Origin: an uncultured Opitutaceae bacterium
Lineage (GTDB): Bacteria > Verrucomicrobiota > Verrucomicrobiia > Opitutales > Opitutaceae
Direction: 5' to 3'
Length of the DNA: 43,886 nt
NCBI GenBank assembly: GCA_964551145.1
Contig: CAZKDK010000002.1
Coordinates: forward strand, 1 to 43,886
Part shown: positions 24,018 to 32,116 of the stretch, in pieces
Numbering within the stretch: position 1 is the stretch's first letter
Layout of the letters: every line of letters begins with the position of its first letter
Position numbers and translations under genes: made by a program
The notes under the pieces: model-generated
What the model was told of the DNA's origin: nothing
The model's database searches: none
The model's input: only the letters and a program-made list of their open reading frames with translations

Positions 24018-27000
24018 TCAGGGCGCGCCGATGAAGTTCGCCCAATAGGCCCAGTCGAATGCGTTGCTGTTGCGGGGGCCGGGCCCGATGATGAACAGGA
24101 GACGGCCGGGAAGGTCCGGCGGCAGCTCAACCCGGGCGCTCTGGCGGCCCCGGTCGTTCGGATTGGTGCCCGGAGTCAGCTGGCGATGGAAGAGGGTCGT
24201 CACCGCGCCGCTGCGATCCTGGAACTTCACGAACACGTCGACGCCGTCGGTGCGCCGGCCCGGTTCGGGATTGGCATAGCTGCCAGGTTCGAGGCCGTAG
24301 CTGAAGGAAACGGCCTCGAGGGCCGGCGGCCGGTCATAGATCAGCCGCGAGGGTGCGTGGGCGCCCCAGACATCCGTGTCGGTCTGCTGCATCCCGAGGC
24401 CATTGAAAGTTTCGCTTTCGACCGGCACGAGGATACGGCCGCCCCAGACGATGTCCGGTCCCGGACCCTGCGCCCGGAGATCGCCGAGGTAGGCCCAGTC
24501 GAAGGCGGTGTTGCTCTTGGGCCCGGGTCCGACCCGCACGATGATGCGGCCCGAGTTCTCCAGGGGCAGCTTGACCCGGGTGGTCTGCGGACCGCGGTCG
24601 CCCGGATTGTTGCGGGGATCCATCAACCGGTCGAAGAGGCGCTCCAGACGAAGGTCGGGATGCTCGAATTCCACGACGATCTCGATGCCGTCCGACCCGG
24701 TCCCGCGGGCGGGGTCGTAGGCATGCTCGTCGAGCCCGTACGTGAAGATGAGCGAGCTCATCCCGGAAACGTAGGGGTAGACCAGCTTGGCGGGACTCTG
24801 GGCGCTCCAGCGTCCCTGTTCGAGGGGCTCCATCGGGCGGCCGTCAAACATTTCGCCGGTGACCGCGGGGATCCGTTTTTCGCCGTAGCGCAGGTCGGGC
24901 CCCACGCCCTGGCCGCCGAGATTCGCCCAGTAGGTCCAGTCGAACGCCGGGTCGTTCATGGGGCCGGGCAGAAACTGGAGGATGAGCCGGCCGCTCTTGT
25001 GCGGGGGGATGTCGACCTGGCTCGTCTGGCGCCCCTGATCGGGGCCGATGGCCTTCGGATTCAGGCGGCGCCAGAAAAGCTGGGTGACGCCGCCGTCCGC
25101 CCGCTCAAAGCTGATGACCACATCGGCGCCCGTGGTGCCGTCGCCCTGCGGCCGGTTCTCGTACGCCTCGCGGTCGACGCCATAGCTGAAGGTCAGCTTC
25201 TTCAGGTCGGGCGGGCATTCGTACACGAACCGGGATGGCGCGTGCGCCTCCCACCGCGGGCCGTTCTTGTCCTCCTCGAAACCCACGCCGCCCTCGAGGG
25301 TGCCGCCCTCGACGGGCAGCAGGATCCGGTCTCCGAGCTTGATGCGCGGGCCGGTGAGCGGCTCCGGCGGCGGAGGCTGGCGGCAGAGCGCGAGATCTAC
25401 GGGACGGCTGACGTGCCAGCCGTCGGTCCGCCGGACCGCCGCGCGGAACCCGGTGTCGCTGCCGGCCAGGTCCGCGCGATCGACGAAGAAGCCGGCGTCG
25501 CAGGGCCGGGTCGCCGGATAGACCAGCCGGCGGTAGGGCCGGTCGCCCTGGTAGATGACGATCTCGTCCGCGCCGGCGGGGGCCTTCACCTCCAGCACGG
25601 GCAGGCGGCCGCCGTGAACGGTCAGGGTGACGGCGACCTTGATCCGGTCGTCTTCGGGAGTGGACGCCGCCAGGGGGCCGGCCGGGAGCGGGGCGAGGCG
25701 GCGGTAGAGCTTCATCCCGGAGTTCTGGGTCGCCCCATAGTCGACCAGCGCGAAATCGCGCGTGACCAGGGTCCAGAGGCTGTCCTGCCGGTAGAGCGGA
25801 TACTTGAGGTAGCCGCGCAGGTTCAGCGTGTCGGCGATGAGGGCGGGCGGATGCCGGTCGAGGTCCTCCCGCAGGCGCTCCCAGGATCCCGGAACGACGG
25901 CGTACCGGGTGTCGACGAGCAGGTCCAGGTTGGTCCAGGGAATCATGCCCGTCAGATAGTTGGTGTAGATGAACCGCGTGCTGGGCAGGCGCTGGCTGAA
26001 GAAATACAGTTCCGGCTCATAGCCCCACACGAAGATGCGGTCCGCCGGCGCCGTGTACTCGCGCACCAGCAGGCCCATCGCCTTCGTGCCGTCGTCCTGC
26101 GGGGAGAACCTCAGGCTGCGCCGCCGGCAGTCGAAGCCGGTGACGACCACCGCGACCGCGAGGAGCCCCGCTCCGGCCGCGGCCAGGCCCGGGCGGCCGC
26201 GGCGCAGGGCCGCCACCTGCTCGAGCAGCCGGGCGACGGTCCATCCGCAGGCCAGGCTCAGGCCCGGAATCACCTGGGCGCTGTAATGCGAGAACTCGCG
26301 CCCGCTGATGACGGTGGAGACCAGCCCCGCGGCGGTCGCGCCCAGGATCAGCCAGGGCAGGAGGGGCGCCGCCGCCGGCCGCTGCCGCAGGTCGCGCCAG
26401 ACGCGCCGGAGCAGGAGGATCGCCGCCGCCACGCCGGCCACCAGCGCCGCCGGCATGTTCTCCCGGAGGAGCCGGAAGGGGATCCGCACGGCCCACAGGC
26501 GCTCCCAGAGCGGGACTTCGGGCACGTAGTACTTCGTGTTGTAGGTCCAGGCATAGAACCGCAGATCGTCGATCGCCCGGTTGGCGGCGAAATACGCGAT
26601 CATGCCGGCCATGATGATGGCGAAGCCGGCGAGTTCTCCCGCCCCGAGGCTGAGGCAGGCCCGGCGCCGGTCGGAGCGCGTCCACGCGAGGAGGCCGGCG
26701 AGGACCAGGGTCACGCCCAGGTCGAGCACGCCGGGCTGCTTGCAGAGGGCCGCCAGTCCGAAGCAGGCCCCGACCGCCGCGCCCCGCCAGAAACCGGGGC
26801 GGGCCTGGGCGGCGGCGAACCCCCAGTAGCCGGCGACGGAGAAGAAGACCACGAACCAGCCCGTGTGCGCCGACAGCGTGTCCGGCACTCCCAGCATGAG
26901 GAAGGTGAGGAGCGAAAAGAAGACCGCGGCGGCGATGCCCGCCTTCTCATCGCCGAGGCGGCGGGCGGTCAGCCAGAGCAGCACGGCGCAGGCGCCGAGC

Positions 27001-27263
27001 ATCAGGGCGACGGCCCCGTGCACGGCGCGCGCGTTCCATTCGCCGCACACGGCGAACACCGCCGCCTTCAGGTAGGGCACGAGGGGACTGCGGTTGTCGG
27101 CGGCATCGCGATAGATGACGCCGCCGTGCAGCACTTCCTCGCCCATGGTGAACGTCGAGCCCTCATCCAGGTTCCAGATGGCGCGCGGCAGCCAGGGGGC
27201 GCGGAGCCCGAAGGCTCCGACGACCAGGACCAGCGCGAACAGCGGTCTCCAGATCTTGGACAT
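24018..27263 (-). CDS. ArnT/PMT-like GT-C glycosyltransferase (1081 aa), paralog of 21553..24000, + Ig-like domain + three tandem NPCBM-like modules
   Basis: Start is the ATG at 27263-27261 (MSKIWRPLFALVLVVGAFGL). The first loop is PRAIWNLDEGSTFTMGEEVLHGGVIYRDAADNRSPL, closely parallel to the previous gene. RIFVWGYEPELYFFSQRLPSTRFIY is also shared. The three C-terminal repeats are listed as a separate feature. Confidence 0.85.
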   Translation of the reverse strand: MSKIWRPLFALVLVVGAFGLRAPWLPRAIWNLDEGSTFTMGEEVLHGGVIYRDAADNRSPLVPYLKAAVFAVCGEWNARAVHGAVALMLGACAVLLWLTARRLGDEKAGIAAAVFFSLLTFLMLGVPDTLSAHTGWFVVFFSVAGYWGFAAAQARPGFWRGAAVGACFGLAALCKQPGVLDLGVTLVLAGLLAWTRSDRRRACLSLGAGELAGFAIIMAGMIAYFAANRAIDDLRFYAWTYNTKYYVPEVPLWERLWAVRIPFRLLRENMPAALVAGVAAAILLLRRVWRDLRQRPAAAPLLPWLILGATAAGLVSTVISGREFSHYSAQVIPGLSLACGWTVARLLEQVAALRRGRPGLAAAGAGLLAVAVVVTGFDCRRRSLRFSPQDDGTKAMGLLVREYTAPADRIFVWGYEPELYFFSQRLPSTRFIYTNYLTGMIPWTNLDLLVDTRYAVVPGSWERLREDLDRHPPALIADTLNLRGYLKYPLYRQDSLWTLVTRDFALVDYGATQNSGMKLYRRLAPLPAGPLAASTPEDDRIKVAVTLTVHGGRLPVLEVKAPAGADEIVIYQGDRPYRRLVYPATRPCDAGFFVDRADLAGSDTGFRAAVRRTDGWHVSRPVDLALCRQPPPPEPLTGPRIKLGDRILLPVEGGTLEGGVGFEEDKNGPRWEAHAPSRFVYECPPDLKKLTFSYGVDREAYENRPQGDGTTGADVVISFERADGGVTQLFWRRLNPKAIGPDQGRQTSQVDIPPHKSGRLILQFLPGPMNDPAFDWTYWANLGGQGVGPDLRYGEKRIPAVTGEMFDGRPMEPLEQGRWSAQSPAKLVYPYVSGMSSLIFTYGLDEHAYDPARGTGSDGIEIVVEFEHPDLRLERLFDRLMDPRNNPGDRGPQTTRVKLPLENSGRIIVRVGPGPKSNTAFDWAYLGDLRAQGPGPDIVWGGRILVPVESETFNGLGMQQTDTDVWGAHAPSRLIYDRPPALEAVSFSYGLEPGSYANPEPGRRTDGVDVFVKFQDRSGAVTTLFHRQLTPGTNPNDRGRQSARVELPPDLPGRLLFIIGPGPRNSNAFDWAYWANFIGAP
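24021..25352 (-). repeat. Three tandem ~145-aa coding repeats (NPCBM-like modules): 24915-25352, 24471-24902, 24021-24464
   Basis: R1 is GPRIKLGDRILLPVEGG..WEAHAPSRFVYECPP..LTFSYGVDREAY..GADVVISFE..LFWRRLNP..PDQGRQTSQVDIP..GRLILQFLPGPMNDPAFDWTYWANL. R2 is GPDLRYGEKRIPAV..WSAQSPAKLVYPYV..LIFTYGLDEHAY..DGIEIVVEFE..LFDRLMDP..PGDRGPQTTRVKLP..GRIIVRVGPGPKSNTAFDWAYLGDL. R3 is GPDIVWGGRILVPVE..WGAHAPSRLIYDRPP..VSFSYGLEPGSY..DGVDVFVKFQ..LFHRQLTP..PNDRGRQSARVELP..GRLLFIIGPGPRNSNAFDWAYWANF. Confidence 0.85.
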
Positions 27264-27333
27264 GAAAAAGCGGCGCGGCGGCGGGAGGCACCATGCCGTC
27301 CGAGGCAGCGGACGGCGTCAAGTCTGCCGCGCG

Positions 27334-30300
27334 TCAGGCGTCGGCGAGGAAGGCTTCACGGGCCAGGTCCGCGTGATCGGGCAGCACCTTGAGGTAATCA
27401 TAGTAGCGCAGGGCCTTGGAGTAGGCCGTGGGCGTCAGCGACTTTCCGCTGCGTTCCTTGGCGAGGCAGGTTCGCATCATGCGGGACAGGCCCTCGACGT
27501 CGCCCGGCGCCACGAGGTAGGCCTCGGCGCGCTGGCGCACCATTTCCGGGATGCCGTGCACGTCGGTCGTGACGATGGGCGTGCGAAAGGCCATGGCCTC
27601 GAGGACGACGCGCGGGAACGACTCCTCGTAGCTCGTGCAGACGAAGAGATCGCTCAGCTGGTAGAAGTCGAACGCGTCGCGCGTCTCGGGCACCAGGGTG
27701 AGATTGGCGAGGCCGAGGCGCGCGATGTCGGCCGTGAGCAGGTCGAGGTAGATGCCGGGGCGCGCCCCGACGAGGACGAACCGGGCGGGCGTCCGCCCCG
27801 GGCGGTCGTGGTGGTTGAAATGATCGATCGCGCGGATGAAGACGTGCTGGCCCTTGCGCTCGCAGACCGTGCCGATGTTGGCGATCACGACGTCGTCGTC
27901 GCGGAACCCGTGCTTCCGTCGCAGCTCCGCCCGGGTGTGGCCGGCCCGGAACGCCTCGATGTCGTCGATGCGGATCCAGCTCGAGACCAGCCGGAAGTTG
28001 TCGTTGACGTTGTAGTCCTCGTAGTAGGCGCGCGTGGCGCGGCAGAGGAAGAGCGCGCGCGTGGCCTCCCGGAACGCCTGCGCCACCAGCCCGTGGAGCG
28101 GCAGGGGGAGCATCCGCTCGAAGAACCGGAAGATGGAGGTGCTCTCGTGGATGTAGAAGAGCGAGGGCCGGCCGGCCTGGCGCGCCAGGTGGACGCCCCA
28201 GAAGTTGACCAGCGTGTTGCACACGACGAGGTCGATCCGGTCCATCGGCAGGCGCGCGCGCACCTCCGCGACGCGCTCGGCGAACTGCGCCTCCGACCCG
28301 GCGGAGCAGAGCCGGTGGCGGTCCACCAGCGTGATGGGGGCGCCCAGCGCCTCGAAGGCGCCGCGCAGGGGGCCATCCTCGCACGCGACCACCTCGATCC
28401 GCCAGCCCGCCTCGCGCACCAGCCAGGTGGCGTATTCGAGCAGGAAGAGCGGCGAGCCCTCGAGATTGAGGTTGTGCGTGATCAGCAGCAGGCGGAGCGC
28501 GCCCACGCGCGCAGTGTGGCCGCAGACCGCGCCGCGGCAGCGCACGGCGTGGTCGACCAGTTCGAGGTGGGGGCTGCAGAACGGGTCGCGGGGGCGGGGG
28601 TACTTGCGCACGAACGCGATGTGCTCCGCCTCGTCGAACGTCACCCCCCGCGTGGCGCTGCCCCAGTGCATCAGCCGGGCCTGCGGCGTGTAGATCACCC
28701 GGTGGCCGGCCGCGCGCACGCGCTGGCAATAGTCCACGTCGTTGTAGGCCACCCCGAAATCCCGCTCGTCGAACCCGCCGAGCTCCCGGAACAGCCGGGT
28801 GCGCGTCATCAGGCACGCGCCGGTCACGGCGGACACCTCCCGGGCCAGGGCGTGCCACTCCACGGCCGCCACGTCCCGCGGGTGCCGCCGCAGAAAGGCC
28901 GTGTCGGCGAGCCCCCCGTGCGGACCGAGGATGATGCCGGTGTGGTTGAGGGTCTTGTCGGGATAGAGCAGCTGGGCGCCGGCGACGCCCACGTCGGGCA
29001 GCGTGAACCAGCCGGTCAGTTCCTCGAGCCAGCCGCGGGCGAGGGCGTTGACGTCGTTGTTGAGGTGCAGCGCCAGCGGCGTGTCGACCGCCGCCATGGC
29101 CCGGTTGACCAGGTGCGAATAGTTGAAGGGCGCGCGCGGATCCTCGGGGCGGACCACCGAGCACATCAGGTCCGTGCGGCGCGCGATCGCCTCGAGGTAG
29201 CGGACGGCGTCGGGGTCCCGCGAGGTGTCGTCCACGATGAGGAGCTTGACGTACCGCCAGTCGACGGTCTCGTCGAGCAGCTCGATGCATTCCTGCAGGA
29301 GGTGCAGCCGGTCGCGCGTGGGGATGACGATGGTCACCTGGAGGCGCGAAAGGATCTTCGGGTCCCACTGGAGCTGGTGGCAGCGGAGCTTCCGCTGGTG
29401 GGCCGCCTCCGGCAGGAACGGATCGGCCGCCGCGGCCCGGCGCCGCAGGGCGTCGGCCAGGGCCAGGCGCGCCTGCTCGACCGAAGGATCGGCCGGCTCC
29501 ACGCCGCGCGGCGCCCCGGCGCGCGCGTGATGGCAGACGAACGGAACGTGCGCCACCTGGTCGGCGCCGAGCCGGTCGCCGAGGCGCAGGAGCAGGTCGT
29601 ACCAGGGCACGGCCGCGAACGCCGCGCGGAAGGAACCCAGCTCGACGAAGCGGTCGCGCCGCACGACACACAGGTCGCCGGGAAACAGGCCGGAGAGCGC
29701 CAGCGCGGGGCTCCACTCGGGCCTGAATGCGGGTTCGGACCGGGCGCCGGCGTCGTCCATGCGGTCCCCGTCGGTGTAGACCAGCTCGAGGCCGGGCGCG
29801 GACGCCAGGCGCTCCGCCACGTGCAGGAGCGCGTCGGGCGGGAGGCGCGCGCCGGCTGCGAGGAGCGCGAGCTGGGTGCCGGTGGACTGGTGGGTGGCGG
29901 CGTTGAGTGCGCGCACCCGGTCGGCGGGTCCGGCGCAGACCTCGTGGCGGACGCGGGCGTTACCCGCGCCGGCCGCCGGCGCGTCGCCGGGGCCGACGAT
30001 CCAGGCTTCCCAGAGCGGGTACAGCTGCGCGTGAAGCGAGGCCAGCAATCCGTCGAGCCCGGCCGGGCCGTCGACGGCATCGACCAGCAGGGTGAAGCGC
30101 GGCCCGGCGGCCCCCAGCGCCGCGGCCGATGCCTCCATGGCCTGGCGCAGGCGCGGCGTCAGCCGGTTCGCCTGCTGCCAGGCGTCGTAGGGCTCCGCCG
30201 ACACCCGCGCGAGGTGTCCCAGGCTGGCCGGCGCCTTGCGCTGGTATTCGCTCCAGGCGGTCCGCACTCCGCGCCAGAACTCCCGCAGCGACCCGTGGCG

Positions 30301-31230
30301 GATGCTCTGGCCGCGCCCGGCGCGGCGCAGCGCCCGCACCGCCCGCACCAGGCACATCTTGTCCAGGGCGGGCAGCGGCCGTTCCTGATCGGCGCAGGTC
30401 CGTTGATAGAAGCGATGGGCGAAGACCAGGTGGCGGCTGCCGTCCTCGATCTCGGCAAAGATCTTTAAGGCGACCGGATTGGGCACCCGCTCGTCGACGT
30501 CCGCCATGCCGAAGAACTGCGACCGGGCGGCGTAGGGGTGATTCGGGAACATCTCGCCCGCCTCCGGCCGGGGGCGGTCGCCGTAAGCCATCACGTTCTC
30601 GACGAGCGGATGGGTGGTGGCGATCAGGCGCGTGATCCGCTGCTCCAGGTGGATGATCCATCCCTCGAGCTTCAACTTGCCGAACTGGGTCCCGCCGACG
30701 CGCCGCGGGTTCTCGAGGGCCCCGTAGAACGGCGGGTTCGGCAGGGTGTCCAGGGGCACGGCAGCGGCGGCGGCCACGAGCGGGCCGGCCCGCGCCGCCA
30801 GGTCCGCGCCCGGATCGGCCCGCTGGGCCTGCAGGATCTGTTCCAGGATCGGCGCAACCAGGTCCCCGTCGAGCGCGGCCCCCGGGCGCGGGCCGTGCCG
30901 CACCTTGATGGGCGTCCGCCAGATCTCCACCCACTGGTTGCCGGCGTCGAGCAGTTCGAGGCGCAGCATCCGCGCGCCCAGCGGCGGCGTGATCTGGAGG
31001 ATGAATCCGGCATGCGGCAGGCCGGCGTATCCCCGGTGCTTGAGCTCGACGTGCTCGCGCGGCATGCCGAACAAGCCCAGGTACGGCACGTCGTCAATGA
31101 CGGCGCGGATGTCGGAAAAGACTGCGCCGACCTTGGTCAGGAACCAGCCGCTGATCCACGTCGGCTCCCCGGTGAAAATCCATTCCTTCGGCGTCTCGAC
31201 GTCGAAGAGGTAGGCGCTGTTTTCGTTCAT
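27334..31230 (-). CDS. Multidomain glycosyltransferase (1298 aa): N-terminal tandem beta-rich module + degenerate GT2 + GT2 + GT4
   Basis: The ATG at 31230-31228 (MNENSAYLFDVETPKEW..ISGWF) is chosen because it aligns with the N-termini of the three paralogs. The track start at 31290 is a TTG, and another ATG lies at 31278. GT2-2 has VTIVIPTRDR..LLIVDDTSRD..LHLNNDV..YNDVDYC. GT4 has LLLITHNLNLEGSPLFLLEY..GTVCERKGQH..SYEESFPRVVLEAMAF (ExxxxxxxE). Confidence 0.85.
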   Translation of the reverse strand: MNENSAYLFDVETPKEWIFTGEPTWISGWFLTKVGAVFSDIRAVIDDVPYLGLFGMPREHVELKHRGYAGLPHAGFILQITPPLGARMLRLELLDAGNQWVEIWRTPIKVRHGPRPGAALDGDLVAPILEQILQAQRADPGADLAARAGPLVAAAAAVPLDTLPNPPFYGALENPRRVGGTQFGKLKLEGWIIHLEQRITRLIATTHPLVENVMAYGDRPRPEAGEMFPNHPYAARSQFFGMADVDERVPNPVALKIFAEIEDGSRHLVFAHRFYQRTCADQERPLPALDKMCLVRAVRALRRAGRGQSIRHGSLREFWRGVRTAWSEYQRKAPASLGHLARVSAEPYDAWQQANRLTPRLRQAMEASAAALGAAGPRFTLLVDAVDGPAGLDGLLASLHAQLYPLWEAWIVGPGDAPAAGAGNARVRHEVCAGPADRVRALNAATHQSTGTQLALLAAGARLPPDALLHVAERLASAPGLELVYTDGDRMDDAGARSEPAFRPEWSPALALSGLFPGDLCVVRRDRFVELGSFRAAFAAVPWYDLLLRLGDRLGADQVAHVPFVCHHARAGAPRGVEPADPSVEQARLALADALRRRAAAADPFLPEAAHQRKLRCHQLQWDPKILSRLQVTIVIPTRDRLHLLQECIELLDETVDWRYVKLLIVDDTSRDPDAVRYLEAIARRTDLMCSVVRPEDPRAPFNYSHLVNRAMAAVDTPLALHLNNDVNALARGWLEELTGWFTLPDVGVAGAQLLYPDKTLNHTGIILGPHGGLADTAFLRRHPRDVAAVEWHALAREVSAVTGACLMTRTRLFRELGGFDERDFGVAYNDVDYCQRVRAAGHRVIYTPQARLMHWGSATRGVTFDEAEHIAFVRKYPRPRDPFCSPHLELVDHAVRCRGAVCGHTARVGALRLLLITHNLNLEGSPLFLLEYATWLVREAGWRIEVVACEDGPLRGAFEALGAPITLVDRHRLCSAGSEAQFAERVAEVRARLPMDRIDLVVCNTLVNFWGVHLARQAGRPSLFYIHESTSIFRFFERMLPLPLHGLVAQAFREATRALFLCRATRAYYEDYNVNDNFRLVSSWIRIDDIEAFRAGHTRAELRRKHGFRDDDVVIANIGTVCERKGQHVFIRAIDHFNHHDRPGRTPARFVLVGARPGIYLDLLTADIARLGLANLTLVPETRDAFDFYQLSDLFVCTSYEESFPRVVLEAMAFRTPIVTTDVHGIPEMVRQRAEAYLVAPGDVEGLSRMMRTCLAKERSGKSLTPTAYSKALRYYDYLKVLPDHADLAREAFLADA

Positions 31231-31410
31231 GCCGCGCGGGGAGGGAGTGGGGGTGGCGAGGCTTGTAGCCGATTCCATGCGCCCGGACAAGCGCCGCCTG
31301 CAACGCCGGTTGATTCAATCATCGCTCCGTAGATCTCCGGCGCCCGCCGGTTCACCGTCGTGGCCAGCTGGCTCTTCATGAATGCGCCGTGAGTGTCACG
31401 GAAATCGGCG

Positions 31411-32037
31411 TCAAGCGCCGGGGGCCGGCGCGGCCGGTGCGCCGGCAGCGGGTGTGACGGACCCGGGCGGCGGCTCGAGCGGCGGCAGCGGCTGTTTCTC
31501 GAAAACGAACAGGTGATTGAGCCCAAGCTGAAACCGCCGATGCCGCCGTAGTTTGAAACGCGGTGGTGAGAAGATCGCTTGCGTGTTCGCCACGTCGAAA
31601 CCGAAGTGCTCTTCCAGGGACATGCCGTCGATCAGCCGGACCGACCGCAGGACGACCAAGATATGGTCAACCCACTTGGACGGGACCGTGATGACGACGC
31701 GACCGCCGGGCCGGAGCAGGTCAAAGCAGGCATCAGCCAATGCGACGTGTTGAGCGCGTGGGATGTGCTCCAGGACCGCGAACATCGAGAGTGCGTCCCA
31801 CTCCTTCGTCTCGGGCTTTACCGCGGGAAAGTAACCGCGATGAATCGAATACCTCGTGGTTTGGCGCTCGCAATGCGGGAGCGCCTCGATGCCAAAACCG
31901 ATGCGGAGGCGCCGCCCCAAGGCTTCGAAGAGTTCGCCCTGGTGGGCGCCGACGTCGACCAGCCGGATATCGGTGCCCAGCCACGGCATTCCCGCGCGCA
32001 ACCGCCAGGCCTGCAAAAAGCGATCAGCCGTCTTCAT
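31411..32037 (-). CDS. Class I SAM-dependent methyltransferase (208 aa)
   Basis: Start is the ATG at 32037-32035. Motif I-like is IRLVDVGAHQGELFEAL. The post-motif segment is DALSMFAVLEHIPRAQHVALADACFDLLRPGGRVVITVPS. The C-terminal tail is Pro/Ala-rich. Confidence 0.75.
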   Translation of the reverse strand: MKTADRFLQAWRLRAGMPWLGTDIRLVDVGAHQGELFEALGRRLRIGFGIEALPHCERQTTRYSIHRGYFPAVKPETKEWDALSMFAVLEHIPRAQHVALADACFDLLRPGGRVVITVPSKWVDHILVVLRSVRLIDGMSLEEHFGFDVANTQAIFSPPRFKLRRHRRFQLGLNHLFVFEKQPLPPLEPPPGSVTPAAGAPAAPAPGA

Positions 32038-32116
32038 CTGCGTGCCGAACAGGGGAATAGGTCACACGGCGTCATCCATCGATTTCAATAGCGGATCGTT
32101 CACCGGCGGGTGGAAT

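Noticed and set aside
16674-24048. Plus-strand ORFs 16674..19400, 19205..21556 and 21658..24048, and minus-strand alternate frame 16870..19026
   Set aside because: They are antisense or out of frame to membrane-protein genes whose translations show coherent TM helices and paralog conservation. The shadow translations are Arg/Gly/Pro-rich without hydrophobic structure.
24186-30468. Plus-strand ORFs 24186..27392 (1068 aa) and 27115..30468 (1117 aa)
   Set aside because: These are antisense shadows of the GT-C gene 24018..27263 and the multidomain GT 27334..31230. Their composition is the same RGAPDE-rich type, with no recognisable domains.
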